From Isurus oxyrinchus (lineage: Eukaryota), in NCBI GenBank assembly GCA_026770705.1, contig JANJGN010000385.1, forward strand, positions 1 to 64,000: DNA of 64,000 bases. The letters are read 5' to 3'. Each line of letters begins with the position of its first letter. Position 1 is the stretch's first letter. Positions 54,648 through 64,000 of this stretch are shown here, one piece after another. The position numbers and the translations under genes were made by a program. The notes under the pieces were generated by a model, which saw nothing but the letters and a program-made list of their open reading frames with translations, was not told the origin of the DNA and ran no database searches.

Positions 54648-57600
54648 ATGGAATATCTGGGAGTGGACGATGGTCAGGAAATCTTACTCCTGTCACTTCT
54701 CCAAGGTAATATCATCATCAGCTCGGACAGATTTATGTTTAACAGTCTTTGTAAAAGATCATTCTTATCTCTTTATCTCTGTAACCTCCTGCAACTCACC
54801 CAAACAACTTCCCAGATCTCTGTGTTACTCCAATTCCGGCCTCTTGACCATCCCCCGATTCCCATCACTCCAATACTGGCGGCCGGGCCTTCAGCTGCCT
54901 GGGGCCTGAGCTCTGGAATTCACTCCCTAAACCTCGGGGATGGAGGAGCTCAGAGGGTTTCATTTTACTGAGAATCACCACGACCACATCACAGCTGCAG
55001 TCAGAATAGACAGAGAGTCCAGCCCTCGCACTTCCTGCACAGTTTCACCATAGCAACCACAATATGGAAATTTAAAAATACTGAAAGTTAAACTGAAGCT
55101 CAAACCAGTCAGTGTAGAGAGATGAGATGTTTACACAGTTTCCCTGTGTATCTTGTAGACACTGTGTTGGGTGGAAGACTGGCTTCACTAAACAGGGTCC
55201 TGAGGACCATGAGCCAATGTAGAATGAACTTGTCCACTCCTGTGTCCAGGATTCTCTTCCCTCCGTTGTGAAACCTTGGGGAGTTCCTTGTGTGTCCTGT
55301 AGATGGTCCACACTGCAGCCACTGTGCCCCAGTGATGGAGAGGGTGGATATCGAGTCTAGTGGATCTACAAACCTTCCAGAGTTAAATATTGACATTTCT
55401 CTCCATATTTGGACTGTCACAAGATTGAAAAGGCGACACTTCACGAGAGGTGACAGCGCAGGATGGTTCGTGTGTACAGATTCCATGTCATTACAGTTAC
55501 TTATCAAATTTCATAGGGAGATCACGTGTCGGAATCTGCTTGAAAGGAATAGATGGGAACCCACAGCCGAAATGGTCTATAGCCTTTCATTCCGAGGGTC
55601 ACAGTCACAGGGATCAAAGATTCCACCATCGGACCCGGCTGTCTGGAGACCTGAAAGATGGCGACTTTTCCCTGATTATAAACAACATCAGACGGGAAGA
55701 TGCAGGACCTTATTTTTTCAGAATAGAATTTGACAATGGTCCGAGCCATAACTATTACCCTGTAACCCAGCTTCACGTTTCTGGTAAGTGCTGTGTTATA
55801 ATTACTCAACAATTCACATTCAACACTCAATGGGAAATAACACAATCTGTGACGTTTACATATTAACACAAAACACAGCTTATTATAACACACTGTCTGA
55901 TTCTCAATAACCTGGTGATAGCTTCCAGTTCAGTCCTAAAGCAACCTCTAATACTCACTTTAATATCAATGATGAAAAGCATTAACTGTATTATCAGGTT
56001 ATCCACACCCATCAATCTCTCCTGTCCTGTTTAAAAGTCTGACGTATCGATAAAAGAAAGATGTGCATTTCTGCAGCGCAATTTACCACCTCAGGAGGAT
56101 CCAAATCCCTTCACAGCCAATGAAATTATTCCTGAATTGTAGTCACAGATGTTAAACACAGCAGGCAGTTTGTGCACAGCAAGATCCAACAAACCACAAG
56201 GTGATAAATCACCTAGATCACTGAGGAAATGAGATGCCAGTGAACTCAAACCTCTGGTCTGATGAAGAGTCATACGGACTCGAAACGTTAACCCTGTCTT
56301 CCTCTCCACTGATACTGTCAGACCTGCTGAGTCTTTCCAGCAATTTTTGTTTTGGTTTCAGATTTCCAGCATCCGCAGTATTCTGCTTTTAACTCCAATC
56401 TCTGGTCTGAGCCTCTTCTCTCATCCAGTATTCTCAATTCACATGTCTCGGAGTGAACGTGTATTAAGCTGAGAGACAGAAACACTACTGCCAAAGAGCA
56501 AGAAAATCTTTCCTGATCATTGTAACCTCTCAGTTCTGATATCATCCTTGTAAAAGTGCTTTTTCTTGTGGGACTGTGATTTCTATTTGAACTGATGCTT
56601 CACGTTATATTTCTCTAAAAGGACCCATTCTCTGTCTGTTAGATTTCACAGATAAACCCATGATATTCCCTGCTGAAATTATTGCAGGAAAGCATGTGGA
56701 TGTAAGCTGCACCATCAACACAACGTGCAATGGAACAGCAGCGCCTGTCTTAACCTGGGACACTCCCACTGACGTACCTGGATCAGTCTCAAACACTGTA
56801 ACTCAGCATGGTGTCACTCTGACCTATACTTCTGTTCTGACCCTGATCCCATCACTCAAACACCACGGACACACACTCAGCTGCAGAGTGAGATATCCAT
56901 CTGTTTCATCGGAGCGGACCCTCGTACTAACTGTGCAAGGTAAGTACATACACCTTTCATTCTACATCAGCACTCCCTCAGCGCTGACCCTCTGACAGTG
57001 CAGCCCGTTCTCAGTGTCCACATTCTCAGACCTCTCAAAGTGCTTCACAGTCGATTGAAGTTAATTGATCTTTATTTGATTATTGCTGAATAAAGAGACA
57101 AGCTGTCTAAAGTTTACATCTCGCACACACCATTCTCCATGGCAACACGTCCACCTATCAGAGACCACTTGCCAACCAATCAGCACTCTCTTCCCATTAA
57201 GTATAAATTGTGGTTCACTTTCTGTTGGTAATCCTGCGAACGGGCTTTTTGATTCCTGCCCTGACATCTTAATGTCCAAATGAACAGAACAAGTTCCAAC
57301 AATGAGCTGTGGTTGGTGATTCCTCCCATTACATATCGGGACACTGGAGACTATCAGTGTGTGGCAGAGAATGAACATGGAGCAGTGGAGGGGTTCATAA
57401 CCATCACTGTGGAACGTGAGTGTACACAGACATCAACATCTCTCTTAGATTCAAACATTGCACAAACACACACAAATATACAGAACTAAATAGACACATG
57501 CAGACACACATGTATGAGCAATTACAAAGACACACTCACGAACAAACACACTAGCACACACTCCCCTGTGGCTTACCTGAGTACTGCACTGGAGAGTTGG

Positions 57601-59226
57601 CCTGGATTCTGGGATTTGTGTTCCCAATCATATTTATGGAAGAATATGGAAATTACAAAGTCTATTACAGACACTCAGATGCATAGAGACACTCACAGAT
57701 ACTCTCTGCCTCTCCAACTCTCTCTCTCCCTTTAAGAAGCTTCCTGAAAGCTAACCCTTCGAACAATCACCGGCCCCAACTCCTCCTTATCTGATTCTGT
57801 GTGATTTTGTTTGTGTATCTGAGAGTAAGAGAGAGGTGGAGAGGTTTAGTTAGAGAATTCCTGCTGGTGAAAATCTTACATCATTTACTCACCTTTCCAG
57901 TGCACATATTTCCCAGTATGTCCAATGCCCCTGTTGATAATGATGACTGCCTATGTAAACGTCACGCTGTAGTTACAGTCTCCCACCAGTGGTGGCATTG
58001 TAGCACTTAATCCTTGTGTTTCCCAGCTTTTCAAGCAACTCCACTTCCCAGTTTGCTACACAAGCTGTGAGTTCATCAGAATTAAATTATTTCTCAAATG
58101 ATAGATTTGATAATTCATTTTATTGAAAACTTCCTCAGCGCCTCCCTGAAGGGTCTACACTCTCTGGGAAGCAGGAATAGGCTGGATGTTGGGGAGTTCA
58201 TCTTTTCCCAGAGAGTAGGGATCCTTGAGAATGTGCTGTCAGTGGGTGTGGTAGTTCCGGTTTCTCTGTCGCCTTCAAGAGGGATCTGGAGTGGTTACTG
58301 ACTGGGGGAGAGATCATGGAAGCGGAGAATGATACAGCACAGGAGGAGGCCATTCAGCCCATTGTGCCTGTGCCAGGTCTTTCAATGTTCTATCCAATCA
58401 GATCCACTAACCACCACTCCACTTTACCCCATCTTCCTCCTTCAAGTGTTTATCCAATTTCCCTTTTGAAAGTTCCTATTGAATCTGCTTCCACCGCCCT
58501 TTCAGGCAGCACCTTCCAGATCACAACAACTCGCTCTGTCAAAACAAATTCTCCTCATCTCCCCCTCCAGTTGGTCAATCTGTGTCCCTCTGGTTACCAA
58601 CCCTCCTGCCCCTTAAATACATCGATACTGTTCACCTCAACCACTCCCTGTGGGAGTGAGTTCCACATTCTCCCCTCTCTCTGGGTAAAGATTGGAACTG
58701 TTTATTAAGCGGGGGGTGTAAGTCCGTGGGGGAGTCCATCTCGATCCTGCCCGATTCGCACACGCATCCGAGATGGATTTCCACCCTGCACTAAACGTTT
58801 CCAGAATTTTCTACAGCACAATCCTGTACACAGCGATGGAGAGAAACATTGGACAGGGAGTCCAACATCACAATGATCCATTCTCACCAATGTTCCACGC
58901 TAAGGGGAAAGTTCCGATTGTCCACTCTTAGAGTGTTTACAATGAAAACATTCATTCCACATTGAATCCCAGTGGATGGGTCAATATTACAGCAAATGTT
59001 GCAGTGATATGAAGCTTGATTGTTCAGCCAGAGTGAGAGATTGAAAGCGGAGAGTCAGTGATGATTTCTTTCTGTGTGTTCTCTAGACAGTGGAGGAGAG
59101 ATTCTGCACGTGATCCTGATCCTGGGAATACGAGCTGTGCTATTCCTTGTGGCTGTGGTTATCACTATCGCTGGAGTCTGTGTCTGGGAGAGACAAACAG
59201 TGAAAGGAAGTCGACAGACTGTTTGA
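54648..59226 (+). pseudogene. Gene 5: activating-type Siglec-like gene with disabled V exon
   Basis: Leader 54670-54705 has a 4-bp deletion. V 55409-55783 has acceptor cag>tat and TGA at 55426-55428. C2 56643-56939 is intact. Half-exon remnant at 57265-57415. TM(Arg) 59087-59226 is intact. Confidence 0.8.
56256..56293 (+). ncRNA. Minimal hammerhead-ribozyme-like motif (gene 5 intron, sense)
   Basis: GGT-CTGATGA-A-GAGTC(ATACG)GACTC-GAAA-CGTT-A-ACC. Confidence 0.45.
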
Positions 59227-59349
59227 AGCTTTGTACAGCAACAATCTGGTCAGTCAGTGCGGACAAATAACGTGTGATGTTGGGTTAAGTTGTAATGAAA
59301 CTGGTCAGTGTCCTGGTTAGAATCACCTTCGTATCAGAGAGGCATTCCA

Positions 59350-59945
59350 GCACAGTAGGAGACCATTCAGCCCATTAAGTCCATGCTGTCTCTGTGTAGA
59401 GCAATACAGTCAGTCCCATTCCCCCTCTCTATCCCCGTATCTCTGCAAGTTTATTTCCAAGTGTCCATCCAATTTCCTTTTGAAATCGTTCATCGTCTCC
59501 GCTTCCACCATCCTCGTAGGCAGCGAGTTCCAGCTCATTACCACTCGCTGTGTAAAAAAGTTCCTCCTCACATCCCCCCTCTGCCCACAACCTTCAATCT
59601 GTGTCCCCCAGTCCTTGTACCATCAGCTAATGGCAACAGCTTCTCTTTGTCTACCGTATCTAAACCCATCATCATCTTGTACACCTCGATCAGATCCCCC
59701 CTCAATCTCCTTTGCTCCAAGGAGAACAACCCCAGCTTCTCCAACCCAACCTTGAAGCTAAAATCCCTCATCCCTGGACCCATTCTGCTCAATCTCCTCC
59801 CCACCCTCTCAAGGACCCTCACTTCCTTCCCAAAGTGAGGAGACCAGAACTGGACACAATACTCTAGTTGTGACCTAACCAGAGCTTTATAAATGTTCAG
59901 CATAACCTCCCTGTGTTTGTACTCAGTCCCTCCATTTATGAAAAG
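59350..59945 (-). mobile_element. CR1 LINE 3' fragment (inverted duplicated copy)
   Basis: ORF 59568-59993 peptide. Confidence 0.85.
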
Positions 59946-60659
59946 CTTATTCTTTCCATCAGCACAAACAGCAATTTCCAAGCGGACTCCCATCAGCAGA
60001 CAGAGTGCAATGAAACATCGGCATGCCTGCTTCTTAATGTACGGAGAGAAACCTGGAACGAGAGATTCTCCTTCTTCTCCTCAGCAAGCTGAAACTTTTC
60101 CTTATACCTGGTGCTCCCCAGTCCTGCTGTGTGGACACATCATAACCACGGCATTGTCTGGCTGTGTGCAGCCAACATGGTCGAATAGGAATGAACAGAA
60201 ATGTGACATTGCTAAACTCTGTTCTCTGATTGGAATGTGCTTTCTGAATGCTGCACCTTTTTCATGCTGCGATAGATTGTAAGAAGCATTTGGGTTATGA
60301 ATAAAATTACATTGATTAACACAAGTGATTAAAATGCTCAGCCTTTTCTGTAGATACTTATGGATGAAAATTCTTATTTTCCTGCCAGATTCTTGGCTCA
60401 AAGACATTATTTCATGTTGTCACTTTTTCCAGTCAGATGAATTCCCGTGGCCATCTTTATAATGGAAATTTCCAATGTAAACATGTCACATTGTAGCTGC
60501 ACACTCCTGCCAGTGGTGGTGCCATTCCAAAACTGTCTTGCTGCACCAGCACAGTGAGAATTATTCTCGACATGTACATGATGTTGTTGTTACTCAGACA
60601 TCAGGCGGAATCTTGGGCTGTGCCTAGAATGCACTTAGGACATTGCAGACCACGCACAG

Positions 60660-62480
60660 AACTGACAGTGCAGCGTTTCCTCAATCCTGACCCTCGGTCA
60701 GTGCAGCGCTCCCTCATTACTGTCCCTCTGACAGTGCTGCACTACCTCATTATTGACCCTTTTCAAGTGCAGCACCCTGTCAGCACTGACCTTCTGACAG
60801 TGCAGCACACCCTCATGGCTGACAATCTGACACTGCAGCACTCCCTCAGTACTCATCCACCCACAGTGCAGCACTCCCTCAGTACTGATCCTCTGACACT
60901 GTATCCCTCCCTCACTACTGACATTCCGACAGTTCAGCACTCCCACGGTACACACCTTCTGACAGTGCAGCACTCCCTCAGTACAGACTCTCTGACAGTG
61001 CAGCACTCCCTCAGTACTCACCCTCCCACAGCGCAGCCCTCTCTCAGTACTCACCCTCCCACAGTGCAGCACTCCCTCAGTACTCACCCTCCCACGGTGC
61101 TGTTCGAGTTGATTCAATCAAGACTGGTGCCCAAAGAGGGAGGTTTCAATGCTAAATCATTGAATCGGTGAAAATTATTTTTAGGCTTACGGGAACAAGA
61201 CTTAGTTCCTCAAATCCTTTCTTTTGCAATAAAACACAGTACAAGAATTCTGTTTAAATAAATTCCAGTTAAACTTTGCCATGAAAGGATATCTCCTCAC
61301 ACTCCACTCTACCTCAGTACTAACCCTCCCACAGTCCGGCACCCCCTCAATACTGACCCTCTGACTGTGCGGAACTCACTCAATACAGACCCGCCGACAG
61401 TTCAGCACTCCCACATTACTGACCCTCTGACAGTGCAGCACTCCCTCATTACTGACCCTCTGACAGTGCAGCACTCCCTCGGTACAGACGCACTGACAGT
61501 GCAGCACTCCCTCAGTACTGACACTCTGACAGTGCAGCACACCCTCACTACTGACCCTCTGACAGTGCAGCACTCCCTCAGTACTCAGCTTCCCACAGTG
61601 CAGCACTCCCTCAGTACTCACCCTCCCACAGTGCAGCACTCCCTCAGTACTCACCCTCCCACAGTGCAGCACTCCCTCAGTACTCACCCTCCCGCAGTGC
61701 AGCACTCTCTCAGTACTGACCCTCCCACAGTGCAGCCCTCCCTCTGTACTCACCTTCCCACAGTGCAGCACTCCCTCAATTCTCACCCTCCCACAGTTCA
61801 GCCCTCCCTCTGTACACACCCTCCCACAGTGCAGCACTCCCTCAGTCTCACCCTCCCACAGTGCAGCACTCCCTCAGTACACACCCTCCCACAGTGCAGC
61901 ACTCCCTCAGTACTCACCCTCCCACAGTGCTGTGCGAGTTGTTTCAATCAAGACTGGTGCACAAAAAGGGAGGTTTCAATGCTAAATCATTGAAATCGAT
62001 GAAAATTATTTTTAGGCTTATGGGAACAAGACTTAGTTCCTCAAATCCTTTCTTTTGCAATAACACACTACAAGAATTCTGTTTAAATAAATTCCAGTTA
62101 AACTTTGCCATGAAAGGATATCTTCTCACACTCCGCTCTACCTCAGCACTAACCCTCCTACAGTCTGGCACCCCCTCAATACTGACCCTCCGACTGTGCG
62201 GAACTCACAGTACAGACAATCTGACAGTGCAGCACTCCCTCATTACTGACCCTCTGACAGTGCAGCACTCCCACATTACTGACCCTCTGACAGTGCAGCA
62301 CTCCCACATTACTGACCCTCTGACAGTGCAGCACTCCCTCATTACTGACCCTCTGACAGTGCAGCAATCCCACATTACTGACCCTCTGACAGTGCAGCAC
62401 TCCCACATTACTGACCCTCCCACAGTGCAGCACTCCCACAGTAGAGTCCCGCTGACAGTGCAGCACTCCCTCCGTAATGA
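60660..62480. repeat. 33-bp minisatellite arrays, inverted orientation, spacer present twice
   Basis: Reverse-complement unit; spacer at about 61098-61310 and 61928-62140. Confidence 0.92.
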
Positions 62481-62697
62481 TAACAGGGGTCGTTGAAATG
62501 TATCATACGGCCCGAGACCTGTATTGGGGACTCTATCGCCTGAGTTTCAGCCTCTGTGGTGAGGGGGAGGAGTCTAATCCCACGGAGCCAATGGAGAAGC
62601 TTCATGACTACAGCTGCCCAAATATGAGCTGACAGATCACACATGGTAAACGTTTTGCTGAGAGCACAAAACATCCTCGATCTTCTCACTGATTACC

Positions 62698-62717
62698 CAC
62701 TTCCTCATTTTGTCTCA
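62698..62717 (+). promoter_or_regulatory. PU.1/ETS site upstream of gene 6
   Basis: cacttcctcattttgtctca. Confidence 0.5.
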
Positions 62718-63288
62718 CAGTGACACATCCACCCTTTCTAATTAAACACACAGAGGGAGCAGCACAGGAAGAGGTCATTCAGCTCAAGCAGAGCGTGTGG
62801 GCAGTTCCTCCCCAGGCGAGCAGTCGGACAGGTCCTGGGTAAGTAACGGAACGATTGGAATTCACTTCCACCACCAACACCGTCCTTTGTTGATGTTGTG
62901 ACTTTATAAAGACAGATTCCAATGATTGATGCCTTTGAAAGATTTCTACTGGTTATTGAGATCTGGGTGTGAGACTCAAGTCTGTTGTACAGAACATCTT
63001 TCTAGCTCAAGGGATGAGGGAAGTGCAGAGACATGAGCTTTGGGACGTCTTGAGGTGGTGAAAGGTGCTATAGAAATGCAAATCCTTTAATGTTTTTCTT
63101 TCTTAAAGTCTTGTAACTCTCTGCAGAGCACCTATCATCCCACAGAGAATCAAATTAGTCTGTAAAGACATTGTCCAAAAACAGTTCTGATCTCTTGAGA
63201 GCTGTCGGACAAGAGGTGAGGTCTCATTAACTCCTTTCTCTTTCAGAGTTTGAGAGTCAGAAGCTTATGAAGTATCTGGGAGTGGACA

Positions 63289-63328
63289 ATGATCGGGAAA
63301 TCCTACTTCCTCCTGTCACTTCTCGAAG
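63289..63328 (+). CDS. Gene 6 signal-peptide exon [13 protein letters not shown] (gene continues beyond the window)
   Basis: ATG...GAAG|gtaata, preceded by the conserved promoter block. Confidence 0.8.
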
Positions 63329-64000
63329 GTAATAACATCGTCAGCTCGGACAGGTTTATGGCTAATAGTCTTTGTAAAAGATCATTCTTATTGAGTGTGA
63401 TTGGGGACCGATTCAGCAGTGAGCCAGTGTACAAACTGACACCAAGTCCCATTCACCCATCACCCCTGTGCTCACTGATATACACTGACTCCCTGTCTGA
63501 CAGCAGAATTGGAGGAGAGCAGAGATCTCAGAGGGATTTAGGGTTGGAGGAGGTTACACAGATAGAGAGTGTAGAGGGGGGATGGTGGGGTAAGAACTCG
63601 ATGATGAGAATTTGAAATTTGAGTCATTGCTGGACTGGGAGTCAGTGTAGTTCAGCCAGTGACAGGAGAGCGATCCACTGACTAGAGAATCAGGAATCCC
63701 AACTGGGGGATGAGGTCTATCCTGATGCTGGGACTCGGATAACAATGCCCTGAAATTTTGTGTCTTTTGCTGATTTTAGTCAGAATTTCCCATGAAGACA
63801 ACACAGCAGCTCCTAGAATAGACAGGCTGTTCAGTGTCACACTTCCTGTCCATTCTCACCATGCTAGATACTTCAATAAGGGAGCAAGATAACTGAAAGA
63901 GAGAGGGAAGGTAAAGCTGTCTGTGTGTAAAGCTGTCAAATATTCTGAGTTATCATGATTGTTTCTGATCTGCTGCAGAGTTTAAAGTTCTCAGAATATT

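Overview
Eukaryotic, intron-rich vertebrate DNA. The repeat content (CR1 and other LINE fragments, Gypsy remnants, Penelope-like termini, a 33-bp minisatellite) suggests a cartilaginous fish (shark); that assignment is inference. The window holds a tandem and inverted cluster of Siglec-like (sialic-acid-binding Ig-like lectin, CD33-related architecture) receptor genes, which I reconstructed exon by exon from GT/AG sites and phase. Minus strand: gene 1 is an inhibitory type (L-V-C2-mini-C2-C2-uncharged TM) followed by two alternative three-exon tyrosine-motif tails. Genes 3 and 2 are joined by a microhomology deletion into a potential two-V-domain activating receptor. Gene 4 is an activating type (L-V-C2-C2-TM with Arg, short tail). 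Plus strand, head-to-head with these: gene 5 is an activating type with a disabled V exon, and only the leader of gene 6 is in the window. All five V domains keep the Siglec F-strand Arg (YFFR). The most notable system is an apparent paired activating/inhibitory Siglec family being reshaped by exon duplication, deletion, fusion and tail switching. There is also an orphan ITAM-like terminal exon and intronic minimal hammerhead-ribozyme motifs. Gene models come from sequence only, with no expression evidence.
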